Assembly: GCA_039190745.1 (NCBI GenBank)
Contig: JBCCXZ010000056.1
Span: 1 to 26,853, forward strand
Reading direction: 5' to 3'
Source of the DNA: Planctomycetota bacterium
GTDB lineage: Bacteria > Planctomycetota > Planctomycetia > Pirellulales > Lacipirellulaceae
DNA length: 26,853 nt
The notes beneath the pieces are model-generated. The model saw only the letters and a program-made list of their open reading frames with translations. It was not told where the DNA came from and did no database searches. This document shows, piece after piece, positions 1 to 9,581 of this stretch (position 1 is its first letter; each line of letters begins with the position of its first letter). The translations under genes and the position numbers were made by a program.

Positions 1-73
1 GATTGAGCCCCCCGCCCGCCCAAACCGCCGCGACCCCAGCCCGCCGCAACCCCGACCCGCAGAAGCCGTTTCC

Positions 74-1441
74 GTGAAAGCCGCTCTCGAGTACCTCGAT
101 TCCCGCCGCGAAGACGCGAAAGCCGATTTGTTCGAGCTGCTGCGCATCCCCAGCGTGAGCGCTGATTCGGCCTTCGCGGCCGACGTGCGGCGGGCCGCCG
201 ACTGGATGGTGCAGCACTTCGGCGTGATCGGGCTGGCCGCCGAGCTGCACGAGACAGCCGGGCACCCGATCGTGTACGCCGAGTCGCCCCCCGTGCCGGG
301 CGCGCCGGTGGCGTTGGTCTACGGGCACTACGACGTGCAGCCGCCCGACCCGCTCGACGAGTGGATCACCCCCGCGTTCGAGCCGACCGAGCGCGACGGC
401 AACGTCTACGCCCGCGGCGCTACCGACGACAAGGGCCAGATGCTCACGCACCTCAAGAGCGTGCAGGCGTGGCTGGCCGCTGAGGGGAAGTTGCCGCTGC
501 AAGTGAAGTTCCTCATCGAAGGCGAAGAGGAAGTCGGCAGCGAGCACATCGAGGGGTTCGTCTCCGAGAACCGGGAGAAGCTCGCCTGCGACTGCGTGGT
601 GGTGAGCGACTCCGGTCAGTACGGACCCGGCGTGCCGGCGATCACCTACGGCTTGCGCGGCATCGCCTACTACGAGCTGCGGCTTCAAGGCCCCAAGCAA
701 GACCTCCACTCGGGCACGTTCGGCGGCGCGGTGAGCAACCCCGCCAACGCGATCGCGAAGATGCTGGCCTCGCTGATCGACGACTCGGGTCGGATCCAAG
801 TGCCCGGGTTCTACGACAGGGTAGTGGAGCTGACCGACCGCGAACGGGCGGAGTTCGCCAAGCTGCCGTTCGACGAGGGCGATTTCAAAGCTCAGCTCGA
901 CGTCGATGGTCTGCTCGGCGAGGAAGGCTTTACCACGAACGAGCGTCGTTGGGCCCGGCCCACGTTCGACGTGAACGGCGTGTGGGGCGGCTACCAGGGC
1001 GAGGGTGAAAAGACGGTGCTCCCCGCCAAGGCGGCGGCGAAGTTCAGCTTCCGGCTCGTGCCGAATCAGGACCCCAAACAGATCACGGCCGCTTTGCTGG
1101 CCTACTTGCAGGAGCAGCTGCCCTCGGGCATCACGATGGAGCTGGTCGAGTCGCACGGGGCGCCCGGAGTGGTATTCCCGATGGAGAGCAAGTACCTGCA
1201 ATCAGCGGCCGAGGCCATCGAGGTCGGCTTCGGCACGCGGCCGGTGTTCATCCGCGAGGGGGGCTCGATCCCCATCGTCAACACGCTGGCCAGCCACCTG
1301 GAGGCCGACGTGCTGCTCTTGGGCTGGGGGCTGAACGACGACAACACGCACAGCCCGAACGAGAAATTCAACCTGGCCGACTACCACCGGGGCGCCCGGG
1401 CGAGCGCGGCCTTGTGGGGCGCCCTAGCGGGCGTATCCTAA
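74..1441 (+). CDS. M20 family metallo-dipeptidase (ArgE/DapE-like)
   Basis: 455-aa ORF from GTG with M20 motifs YGHYDVQP, ARGATDDKGQ, EGEEEVGS, DLHSG and HSPNE. Confidence 0.92.
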   Translation: MKAALEYLDSRREDAKADLFELLRIPSVSADSAFAADVRRAADWMVQHFGVIGLAAELHETAGHPIVYAESPPVPGAPVALVYGHYDVQPPDPLDEWITPAFEPTERDGNVYARGATDDKGQMLTHLKSVQAWLAAEGKLPLQVKFLIEGEEEVGSEHIEGFVSENREKLACDCVVVSDSGQYGPGVPAITYGLRGIAYYELRLQGPKQDLHSGTFGGAVSNPANAIAKMLASLIDDSGRIQVPGFYDRVVELTDRERAEFAKLPFDEGDFKAQLDVDGLLGEEGFTTNERRWARPTFDVNGVWGGYQGEGEKTVLPAKAAAKFSFRLVPNQDPKQITAALLAYLQEQLPSGITMELVESHGAPGVVFPMESKYLQSAAEAIEVGFGTRPVFIREGGSIPIVNTLASHLEADVLLLGWGLNDDNTHSPNEKFNLADYHRGARASAALWGALAGVS

Positions 1442-1520
1442 CGACACACCCAATCCTTGCTGCTTGGTCGGGATACCCAGCGGCAAGGCAAACAAGAACC
1501 AGCGGGGGGCGGCGACGCCG

Positions 1521-2804
1521 ATGCTCGACAAGCGTTTTATTCTGGAGAACGCCGAAGCGGTGCAGCAGAACTGCGACCACCGCGGCGTGAAGGCCGACGT
1601 GGCCCGGTTCGTAGAGCTCGAGACGCAGTGCAGGGCGCTGCGGCAAGAGGTCGAAGAGCTCTCGCGGCAGGCCAATCAGGTCAGCAAGTCAATCGGTAAT
1701 GCCAAAGACGACGCCGAGCGCGAGGAGCGTAAGGAAGAGGGCCGCCGGCTCCGCGAGGAGAAGGACGGCAAGCAGCAGGAGATCGACCGGCTGGACGCCG
1801 AGGCCGGCGCGATCTACCGCAGCATGCCCAACCTGACGCACCCCGAGTCGCCCATCGGCGACGAGGCGAGCAGCAAAGAGCTGAGCCGCGGGGGGACCGA
1901 GGTCCGCCGGTTTGGGTTCCCCGTGCAGGACCACGTCGAACTGGCCGGGCAGCACGACCTGGTCGACTTCGAGGGCGGGGGCCGCATCGCCGGGCACGGA
2001 TTCTATTTCTTGAAGAACGAAGCGGTGCTGCTGGAGCTGGCTCTGCAGCAGTTCACGCTTGAGCTGCTGATGGGCGAGGGCTTCGTGCCCACGATCACGC
2101 CCGACCTGGCCCGGGGCGACATCGTCGCGGGCGTGGGGTTCATCCCCCGCGGGCCGGAGACGCAGATCTACAGCATCGAGAATTTTGACCTGAACCTGGT
2201 GGCCACGGCCGAGATCACCCTGGGCGGCCTCTACGCCGGCGAGGTGCTCGACGCGGACGATCTGCCGATCAAGCTGTGCGGCATCAGCCACTGCTTCCGC
2301 ACCGAGGCGGGCGCCGCGGGCCGAGCCTCACGCGGCCTGTACCGGGTGCACCAGTTCACGAAGGTCGAGATGTTCGCCTTCACCAAGCCCGAAGAGAGCG
2401 AGGCGGTGCACCAGCAGTTCCGCGACCTGGAGTGCCGCATCTTCGACGCGTTGGGCATCCCCTACCGGGTGATCGACATCGCCACGGGCGACCTGGGCGG
2501 CCCGGCGTACCGGAAGTTCGATCTCGAGGCCTGGATGCCCGGCCGCGGCGAGGCGGACGAGTTCGGCGAGGTGACTAGCGCGAGCAACTGCACCGACTAC
2601 CAGGCCCGCCGCTTGGACATCCGCTACAAGACCAAGGGCGAGAAGGGCACCAGCTACGTGCACACGCTCAACGGCACGGCGGTGGCAATCAGCCGGGCGA
2701 TGATCGCGATCCTCGAAAACTACCAGCAGGCGGACGGGACGATCCTGGTGCCCGACGTGCTGCGGCGGTGGGTGGGGAAGGACCGGATTGGGTCGACGGG
2801 GTAG
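1521..2804 (+). CDS. serS: Serine--tRNA ligase
   Basis: MLDKRFI start at ATG 1521, N-terminal coiled-coil arm, motifs LVATAEITL, FRTEAG...GLYRVHQFTKVE, KFDLEAWMP, SASNCTDYQARR and HTLNGT. Confidence 0.98.
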   Translation: MLDKRFILENAEAVQQNCDHRGVKADVARFVELETQCRALRQEVEELSRQANQVSKSIGNAKDDAEREERKEEGRRLREEKDGKQQEIDRLDAEAGAIYRSMPNLTHPESPIGDEASSKELSRGGTEVRRFGFPVQDHVELAGQHDLVDFEGGGRIAGHGFYFLKNEAVLLELALQQFTLELLMGEGFVPTITPDLARGDIVAGVGFIPRGPETQIYSIENFDLNLVATAEITLGGLYAGEVLDADDLPIKLCGISHCFRTEAGAAGRASRGLYRVHQFTKVEMFAFTKPEESEAVHQQFRDLECRIFDALGIPYRVIDIATGDLGGPAYRKFDLEAWMPGRGEADEFGEVTSASNCTDYQARRLDIRYKTKGEKGTSYVHTLNGTAVAISRAMIAILENYQQADGTILVPDVLRRWVGKDRIGSTG

Positions 2805-3108
2805 CTGTCCGCGACACGCGACTTTAGCGAGTAGTTAAGTTGAAGGAATTACTCGCGCCCAGGGAAAGTAGACCTTTCCATCTGCTGGGGATTTTCCACC
2901 ATGCCCCGTACTTCTTCCGTGTTCTGCGTTCTTGAAACAAAAGCAGAGCAGGCTAGACTACGCCACGATTGGTCGTGAGTCGTTGGTGCAAGCACCGTGA
3001 ATTCGTTGGAGCGCTTTGAGAAGGCTATTGTCACGACGCAAGAGTATCGGGTTGCGTGAACCCAGTGCGTCTCTCGGTCGAAGAGTGAACTACACGAGGC
3101 CAGTTACT

Positions 3109-3951
3109 ATGGGAATTGACAAGAAGTCACTGCTCGCACGCGTGATCGAAGGATACGAGCGCGCAAAGAAACCTCTCGCTTACTCCGTGATGACTTTAGC
3201 GGTCGTCTTGGGCGCTTTTCCGCCGAACGTCTTGCCTGAAGGTGCCCGCACCGTTACCTACACCGCAGTGCTGCTTATTCTCTCGCTGATCCTCCTCGAA
3301 GTGCTTTTCGAGATCTACGAGCGTGTGGTAACAGAAGAGAAGCAGCTGAACCTTATCGACTCGAACGACTTGTATTCCGAGATTCTCGGCATTGTTAGCG
3401 ACAAGCGAACCGTGAACATCAAGTTTCTGGCTGTCGCTGGACGGGTAGGTTGGGTGAATGTCCTGAGTAAGCTCCTCGACAGGAATCACCCCGAGTCCCT
3501 ACCCGCGCGGCGCATCAGTTTCAAGGTTGAGGTTGCTCTCCTCGACCCCGAGTACTGCAGGGATAACGCCATCTTCGAGGAGTTTGACGTAGTCGAAAGA
3601 ACTGTAAAGAACATCAAACGCTTGCAAAAACAATTCGAAGCCCAGTCGTCGGATTCGGACGAGAGCTTCGAAATCACCCTGGCATACTACCGCCACATGC
3701 CTAATCTGCTTGGCTTTCTAGTGGACGACAACTACCTGTTCCTTACCCACAGCAATTGGGAGTTCTACGAGAAGCAGCCGATCTTGAAGGCCGGGGGATC
3801 CGATTACTTTGTATACAACCGGAGCGATGACTTTGGCGGCTCCGAGCTTATCCGAAGGTTCTCGGGTTGGTTCCAATTCATCGTGAGTAACGCTGCGAGT
3901 TCTACGCATTCCGAGCCAGCCGCTACGGAGCAGCGGCTGACTCGGAAGTAA
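3109..3951 (+). CDS. Hypothetical protein with two N-terminal TM helices and a soluble C-terminal domain (possibly PLD-like/DUF5919-like)
   Basis: 280-aa ORF from ATG 3109. Two hydrophobic stretches (LAYSVMTLAVVLGAF, VTYTAVLLILSLILLEVLF). Codon usage is more AT-rich than the flanking genes. The fold guess comes from the motif pattern LLDP...YYRHMPNLLGFLVDD and is inference. Confidence 0.75.
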   Translation: MGIDKKSLLARVIEGYERAKKPLAYSVMTLAVVLGAFPPNVLPEGARTVTYTAVLLILSLILLEVLFEIYERVVTEEKQLNLIDSNDLYSEILGIVSDKRTVNIKFLAVAGRVGWVNVLSKLLDRNHPESLPARRISFKVEVALLDPEYCRDNAIFEEFDVVERTVKNIKRLQKQFEAQSSDSDESFEITLAYYRHMPNLLGFLVDDNYLFLTHSNWEFYEKQPILKAGGSDYFVYNRSDDFGGSELIRRFSGWFQFIVSNAASSTHSEPAATEQRLTRK

Positions 3952-4022
3952 GGATGCTCGCCTCAGAGAATTGAAATATACGGCTCAGTTCAGTAGGACG
4001 CCCGGCTCTATCGCTATCGCCC

Positions 4023-5861
4023 TTACTTGATCTGCACCGTATAGGGCATCATCAACAGCGCGGGTTCCTGCAACAGCGTGCGGTGCAGGTGGGCCGCGTG
4101 GCTAAAGACGGTCTTCAGCTCCGGCGCCACGCCGCTGAGGGCGGCCATGACGTGCGCCTCGCGCTCCGCGTCGAGGTCGGCCTTGAAGATCGCCTCGAAC
4201 GGGTTCTCCGGCTTGGGCAGCACCTTCAGCTGGGCCTTCTCGTCGGCGTCGATGCCGGCGAGCTGCTTCGCCAGATTGAGGGCGTCCTTCAGCGAGCCGA
4301 GCTCGTCGACCAGGCCGAGGCGCTTGGCGACGCGGCCGGTGTAGACCTGCCCGCCGGCGTGTTTCTCGAGCTCTTCGAGCTCCATGCCGCGGCCCTCGGC
4401 GGCCTTGCTGGTGAACTGCAGGTAGATGTCCTTGAGGAACTTCTCGAAGACCTTCTTCTCCGAGTCGGAGAACTTCTCGGTGGCGGAGAAGATGCCGCTG
4501 TTCGCGCCGCGGCTGATCGTCTCGGTGTTCATGCCGATCTTGTCGTACAGCCCGCCCATGGCGATCTTGCCGCCCACGACGCCGATCGAGCCGGTGATCG
4601 TGCCGGGCTCGGCCATGATCTTGTCGGCCCCCATGGCGATGTAGTAGCCGCCGCTGCCGGCGACGTCGCCCATGCTCGCGACGATCGGCTTGTCGATAGC
4701 CTGGGTGGCCCGCCAGATCATGTCGCTCGCGAGCGCCGAGCCGCCGGGGCTGTTGATGCGGAGGACGATCGCCTTCACGGCCTCGTCTGCTGCGGCCTCC
4801 TGGAGGGCTTTGACGATCGTGTCGGAGCCCATCACCTCGCCTGCGAACGGGTCGCTCTGGCTCTTGCCGCTCATGATTGGTCCGACGGCGTAAACCAACG
4901 CGACCTTCGGCCCCTTGGCTCCACGGCCGCCGCGTGAGGCGCCCAAGATGCTCTGGAACAGCTTCATCATGCCCATTGGGCCGGAGAAGTCGGTGTCGAC
5001 CTTCTTCTTACCGTAGTTGACGACATAGACGAGCTTGTCGGCGGCGTACTCTTCTTTGAGCTGGGCGCGGAACACGTCCGGGTAAACCAGCCGGTCGACC
5101 AATCCGAGTTCCTTAGCGGCGATCGCGGTAAGCAGGCCCTGGTCGATGGCGGCCTTCGCCTCGTCGACCTTCATCTCACGGTCTTTGGCGATCGTGGTGA
5201 TCATCTGGTCGTAGAGGTCGTCGATCAGGGCGGTCATGTTCTTCTTGACGCCCTCGCTCATGCTGTCGCGGGTGTAGGGCTCGCCGGCGCCCTTGGCCTC
5301 GCCGACGTGCATGATGTCGGCCTCGAGGCCGAGCTTGGCGAGCATGTCTTTGTAGTAGGCAAACTCGCCGTGCAGGCCGGGGATCAGAATCATGCCGGAC
5401 TCGGGCATGACGACCTCGTCGCACGCGACCGCGAGCAGGTACTGCGGGGCCATCGCCATCTCGGCTACGCCGTATACCTTCTTGCCGGCTGACTGGGCGC
5501 GGGCCACAGCCTCACGCAGTTCGTTGAGCTTGCCCCAGCCGATGGCCGAGGGTTTGATCTCGAGGATGATGCCGGCGATGTTCTTGTCGCCTGCTGCCTT
5601 GTCGATGCGGGCGACCTGCTTGCGGAGGTCGACGCCTAGGTCGCCGAAGAGCGACATTTGGCCGGGCGACTCGGGCATCGCGCCCTCGATCGAAATGTGG
5701 GCCAGCCGCACCTTCTTGGGCTCGGCTTTCTTCTCCTCGGCGGCCGCGTCGGACCTGGCCGGCTTCTTGGAGGACGAGTCCTTGGCGTAGGCGATGGCGG
5801 CGGCTTGCAGCGCCATCACCATACTGAGTGCTATCGCGGTGAGTTTGATCGGCGTACGCAT
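4023..5861 (-). CDS. sppA: Signal peptide peptidase SppA, long (tandem S49 domain) form
   Basis: Start MRTPIKL at 5861, preceded by SD-like GAGGGAGA. Motifs GEAKGAGEPY (catalytic Lys region), VLRINSPGGSALASD, SMGDVAGSGGYY, TITGSIGV and GLVDELG. Confidence 0.93.
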   Translation of the reverse strand: MRTPIKLTAIALSMVMALQAAAIAYAKDSSSKKPARSDAAAEEKKAEPKKVRLAHISIEGAMPESPGQMSLFGDLGVDLRKQVARIDKAAGDKNIAGIILEIKPSAIGWGKLNELREAVARAQSAGKKVYGVAEMAMAPQYLLAVACDEVVMPESGMILIPGLHGEFAYYKDMLAKLGLEADIMHVGEAKGAGEPYTRDSMSEGVKKNMTALIDDLYDQMITTIAKDREMKVDEAKAAIDQGLLTAIAAKELGLVDRLVYPDVFRAQLKEEYAADKLVYVVNYGKKKVDTDFSGPMGMMKLFQSILGASRGGRGAKGPKVALVYAVGPIMSGKSQSDPFAGEVMGSDTIVKALQEAAADEAVKAIVLRINSPGGSALASDMIWRATQAIDKPIVASMGDVAGSGGYYIAMGADKIMAEPGTITGSIGVVGGKIAMGGLYDKIGMNTETISRGANSGIFSATEKFSDSEKKVFEKFLKDIYLQFTSKAAEGRGMELEELEKHAGGQVYTGRVAKRLGLVDELGSLKDALNLAKQLAGIDADEKAQLKVLPKPENPFEAIFKADLDAEREAHVMAALSGVAPELKTVFSHAAHLHRTLLQEPALLMMPYTVQIK

Positions 5862-6213
5862 CGTGAGTCTCCCTCTGACGATCTGTGGGTCGCCGAAGCG
5901 ACGGTGTGGCGTGAGGGCCGTGTTCTCGGCCTTCCTGAGAATGCGGGGGTTACGTTCCGAGGAGCGGGGCGGCCGCGGCGCATGGCTCCGGCACCCAGCT
6001 CCTAAGTATAGCGGCCTGAAATGCGGTTCGCTCCGCGGCCGGGCGTCTTGCGACCATTCTCCGTAAAACCCGCGAAATCGGCGGTCCGTACACAGCACAG
6101 GACACTCCCCCCAAGCGGTCTGGCCCGGGTTTTTGCCTTCTGATACGGTCCCGCGACTACCGACGCCGGCCCCGGCAGCCGGCCCGCCTTCCGCTAGGGA
6201 GAGGACCCTTCCG

Positions 6214-7422
6214 ATGACTCGCCACACCGTCCGTTTCCGTTTGGTTTTGCTCGCAACAGCCTCGGCCGTTTTTGGCATCGAAAAGGCAGGGCGGGCCGAA
6301 CCGCTGTGGCAGCGGCTCGCGCCCCGCAAGACGGTCGAGTCCGATCCGAACGCTGATTACACGCTCACCGATGAGAACGGCCCCTGGCTGATCCTGGCCG
6401 CTTCGTTCAGCGGCGAGCGGGCCGCCGAGCAGGCGGAAGAGCTTGTGCTTGAGATCCGCAGCGAATTCAACCTGCCCGCGTTCCACTACGACATGACATT
6501 CCGCGTGGAAGACGACCAGCCCGGCCGCGGCATCGACAGCTACGGCGGTCGGATCAAGCGGCGCTACCGCCAGAGCGGCGCCAGGGTCGAGCACGCCGTT
6601 TTGGTGGGTGAGTTCCCCGCGATAGACGACCCCGACGCCCAGCGGCTGCTGCAGCGCGTCAAACGGCTGCAGCCCGACTGCCTGATGGTGGACGACCCTG
6701 CGGAGACGGCCCAGAGCCTCGCGTCGGTCCGCAGGCAGCAGCGGGCGGTCAAGAAGCAACTCGGCAAGGGAGAAAAGGGGCCGATGGGGCACGCCTTCAT
6801 GACGCGCAACCCGATTTTGCCGCGGGAGTACTTCGTGCCGCAGGCGATCGACGAGGAAGTCGCCAAGTGGAACAAAGACGTGAAGCACTCGCTGCTCGAT
6901 TGCCCGGGTCGGTTCAGCATCAAGGTGGCGACGTTCCGCGGCCGCGTGTCGCTCAAGGCGGCCAACGACGACCAGCCAGACCGGACCGACGCCCGAGCGC
7001 CCTCGAAGGACGACCCGCTCGTAGTGGCCGCCCAGAACGCGCACAAGCTGACGGTCGCCCTCCGTGAGAAGGGGTGGGAGGCCTACGAGTTCCACGACCG
7101 TCGTGAGAGCTATGTGGCGGTCGGGTCGTTTGACAAAGGCGAGACGCTGCCCACCGGGCAGATTATCGTGCCGGAGCGCGAGGCGCAAATTATCATCAAC
7201 ACCTTCGGCGCCCACTCGAAAGACAACATCTTCAACCGCCCGGCGGCTCAGGACCAGCAGCTCGAAGAGCAGAAGAAGCGGGAGTTCTTCAACCGGCTCG
7301 GCGGCGGCTCGCAGGCGATGGGCGGGTTCAACCCGAAGCGGTTCGTCGGCCTACCTTTCGACATCTACCCCGCCGCCGTCTCGGTGCCGCAGACGTCGCT
7401 GACGACCGCCTATATGCGGTAG
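6214..7422 (+). CDS. Exported hypothetical protein with two SPOR-like segments
   Basis: ATG 6214 after GGAGAGGA, signal-peptide-like N-terminus, host-like codon usage. Two segments with a SPOR-like pattern: WLILAASF...AEELVLEIR and FSIKVATF...AHKLTVALREKGWEAY...VAVGSF. Confidence 0.75.
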   Translation: MTRHTVRFRLVLLATASAVFGIEKAGRAEPLWQRLAPRKTVESDPNADYTLTDENGPWLILAASFSGERAAEQAEELVLEIRSEFNLPAFHYDMTFRVEDDQPGRGIDSYGGRIKRRYRQSGARVEHAVLVGEFPAIDDPDAQRLLQRVKRLQPDCLMVDDPAETAQSLASVRRQQRAVKKQLGKGEKGPMGHAFMTRNPILPREYFVPQAIDEEVAKWNKDVKHSLLDCPGRFSIKVATFRGRVSLKAANDDQPDRTDARAPSKDDPLVVAAQNAHKLTVALREKGWEAYEFHDRRESYVAVGSFDKGETLPTGQIIVPEREAQIIINTFGAHSKDNIFNRPAAQDQQLEEQKKREFFNRLGGGSQAMGGFNPKRFVGLPFDIYPAAVSVPQTSLTTAYMR

Positions 7423-7504
7423 TGGCCTGAGCGTCCGTGGGCAGCTATCCTGAGCCACAACCCGAGCCACGTTGGTTCCGGGTCACCGGTTCGGAGAGGG
7501 CGCT

Positions 7505-8134
7505 ATGGCAGGCGAGACGCGTGAGCTGGTGGTAGGCACCACCAACCGATCGAAGGCGGTGGAGATCGCCGAGGTGCTCGGGCCCAAGGGCATCCGGGTG
7601 CTGACGCTCGCCGACCTCGGCCCCGCGCCCGAGGTGGTCGAGGACGGCGACTCGTTCGCCGAGCACGCCGAGAAGAAGGCGGTTGCCTACGCCCGGCACT
7701 TCCAGCGTTGGACGCTTGCGGACGACAGCGGTATTCAGGTCCACGCGCTCGGCGGGGCGCCCGGCGTCCACTCGGCCTACTTCGCCGGCCCCGACGCGAC
7801 CGACGCCGAGAACAACGCCAAGCTGCTGGAAGAACTCGCCGGCGTGTCGACCGCTAAGCGGACGGCCAACTACTTCTGCCACGTTTCGGTGGCCGACCCC
7901 ACAGGGGCGATCCGCTGCACCGCCACCGGCGTCTGCCAGGGCCGCGTGCGCGAGGAGCCCGCTGGTGCCAATGGTTTCGGCTACGACCCGTTGTTCGAGA
8001 TCGCCGAGCTGCACCAAACGTTCGGCGAATTGGGCCCGCACGTGAAGAAGATGCTCAGCCACCGCGGCCGGGCGACCCGCGCCGCGATGCGGCGTTTGGA
8101 ACAGTTGGCGGCAGCCGGCGAGTGGACGGCTTAG
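7505..8134 (+). CDS. rdgB: Non-canonical purine NTP pyrophosphatase (RdgB/HAM1)
   Basis: ATG 7505 after GGAGAGGG. Motifs TTNRSK, LADDSGI, GAPGVHSAYFAG, GFGYDPLF and SHRGRA. Confidence 0.96.
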   Translation: MAGETRELVVGTTNRSKAVEIAEVLGPKGIRVLTLADLGPAPEVVEDGDSFAEHAEKKAVAYARHFQRWTLADDSGIQVHALGGAPGVHSAYFAGPDATDAENNAKLLEELAGVSTAKRTANYFCHVSVADPTGAIRCTATGVCQGRVREEPAGANGFGYDPLFEIAELHQTFGELGPHVKKMLSHRGRATRAAMRRLEQLAAAGEWTA

Positions 8135-8138
8135 AACG

Positions 8139-8178
8139 AAAAAGGCCGCTCCGAAGGTGATGAACCTCGGAGCGGCCT
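8139..8178 (-). terminator. Intrinsic terminator-like hairpin with its U-tract on the minus strand
   Basis: Perfect 12-bp inverted repeat AGGCCGCTCCGA (8143-8154) / TCGGAGCGGCCT (8167-8178), with AAAAA at 8139-8143 on the + strand. Confidence 0.65.
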
Positions 8179-8197
8179 AATAACTAGAACGGTCCTG

Positions 8198-9574
8198 ATG
8201 ATGCCCGAGAGTCTACCGCAACCCGGCCCGTCCACCAATCGTTTTTCGTCGAAATCGGCACAGACTTGTTTTGTTCCGTCTCGCCTCGGTTGGGTGGCCT
8301 TGCTGTCGGTAGCTTGCTGGATGCCCGCGGCGAGCGCTGCCGAAGTCGAGGTCTGGCTTGCCAAGGAAACCCCCAGGCTTGTCCAGTTTTACCAAACCCT
8401 CCACGCATCGCCCGAACTCTCGTTCAAGGAGAAGGAAACCGCGGCCCGGATGACCGCAGAGGCGCGGCGGATGGGGTTCGAGGTGACCGAGGAGGTTGGC
8501 GGTCATGGCGTGGTCGCGGTGCTCGGAAACGGGCCAGGGAAGACGTTGCTTTTGCGGGCCGACATGGACGCGCTGCCCGTCGCCGAGGAGACCGGGCTGG
8601 AGTACGCCTCGAAAGTACGGGTCCGCGACGAGCGTGGCGCCACGGTCGGCGTGATGCACGCCTGCGGGCACGACATGCACATGACCAACCTCGTCGGCGC
8701 CCTCCGGTACCTCAACCAGTACCGGGGCCAGTGGTCGGGCACGCTGGTTGCCATGTTCCAGCCCGCCGAAGAACGCGGCGCCGGCGCCGAGGCGATGCTC
8801 GCTGACGGGCTGCTGAAGCGGTTCCCGAGGCCCGATTACGCGGTCGCCCTGCACGTGGCGGCGGACGCCGAGGCGGGCACTGTCGGGTATCGTGCCGGGT
8901 TCGCGATGGCGAACGTCGACAGCGTCGACATCACCATCCGCGGCCGCGGCGGCCACGGCGCTAACCCTTCGGCCACGATCGACCCCGTCGTCATCGCCGC
9001 CAAGCTGGTGGTCGACCTGCAGACAATCGTTAGCCGCGAGATCAGCGCGATCGAGCCGGCGGTGGTGACGGTCGGCTCGATCCACGGCGGGACGAAGCAC
9101 AACATCATCGGCGACACGTGCAAGCTGCAGCTCACCGTCCGCAGCTATACCGACGAGGTCCGCAAGCTGCTGGCCGACGCGATCCGCCGCAAGGCGAACG
9201 CCGCGGCCGCGAGCGCCGGGGCGCCGGAGCCCGAGGTGGTTTACTCCGAGGGGACGCCGGCTCTCTACAACGACCCGGAGCTCGTGGAGCGTCTGGTCCC
9301 GGTGATCGCCGCGGCGGTAGGGCAGGGGAGGGTGTTCGAGGTGGAGCAAACGATGGGCGGCGAAGACTTCGGCCGCATCGGCCGCGCGGGCGTGCCGATC
9401 GCGATGCTCCGTTTGGGGACGATCGAGAAAAGCCGGCTCGAGAAACTCACCGTCGGCGGCGCCCAACCGCCGTCGCTGCACTCGCCGCTTTACTACCCGG
9501 ATGCGGCGCCGAGCATCGAGACGGGGGTGAAGACGCTGGTGGCGGTGGCTCTTGAGTTGTTGGAGCCGGAGTAA
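8198..9574 (+). CDS. M20D family amidohydrolase with probable signal peptide
   Basis: Motifs LHASPELSFKE, LRADMDALP, MHACGHDMH, FQPAEE, GGHG, GEDF and LHSP. Hydrophobic AxA segment (WVALLSVACWMPAASA). The exact start is uncertain. Confidence 0.92.
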   Translation: MMPESLPQPGPSTNRFSSKSAQTCFVPSRLGWVALLSVACWMPAASAAEVEVWLAKETPRLVQFYQTLHASPELSFKEKETAARMTAEARRMGFEVTEEVGGHGVVAVLGNGPGKTLLLRADMDALPVAEETGLEYASKVRVRDERGATVGVMHACGHDMHMTNLVGALRYLNQYRGQWSGTLVAMFQPAEERGAGAEAMLADGLLKRFPRPDYAVALHVAADAEAGTVGYRAGFAMANVDSVDITIRGRGGHGANPSATIDPVVIAAKLVVDLQTIVSREISAIEPAVVTVGSIHGGTKHNIIGDTCKLQLTVRSYTDEVRKLLADAIRRKANAAAASAGAPEPEVVYSEGTPALYNDPELVERLVPVIAAAVGQGRVFEVEQTMGGEDFGRIGRAGVPIAMLRLGTIEKSRLEKLTVGGAQPPSLHSPLYYPDAAPSIETGVKTLVAVALELLEPE

Positions 9575-9581
9575 CGGAGCA

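Noticed and set aside
1..62. C-rich stretch with CCGCCGC(G/A)ACCCC twice
   Set aside because: It is truncated by the window edge and low in complexity, so it cannot be assigned as a repeat arm.
2827..2856. Hairpin GCGAGTAGTT...AATTACTCGC after serS, and the 61-aa ORF 2849-3034
   Set aside because: The stem has a long loop, no U-tract and no attC boxes. The ORF has no recognisable features.
5862..6329. N-terminal extension of the sppA ORF in the supplied track (similarly serS 1464, oppB 15751, and PEP-CTERM 22470 and 11961)
   Set aside because: Downstream ATGs with SD sequences, signal peptides or ATGA coupling are better starts. Several of the extensions overlap other genes.
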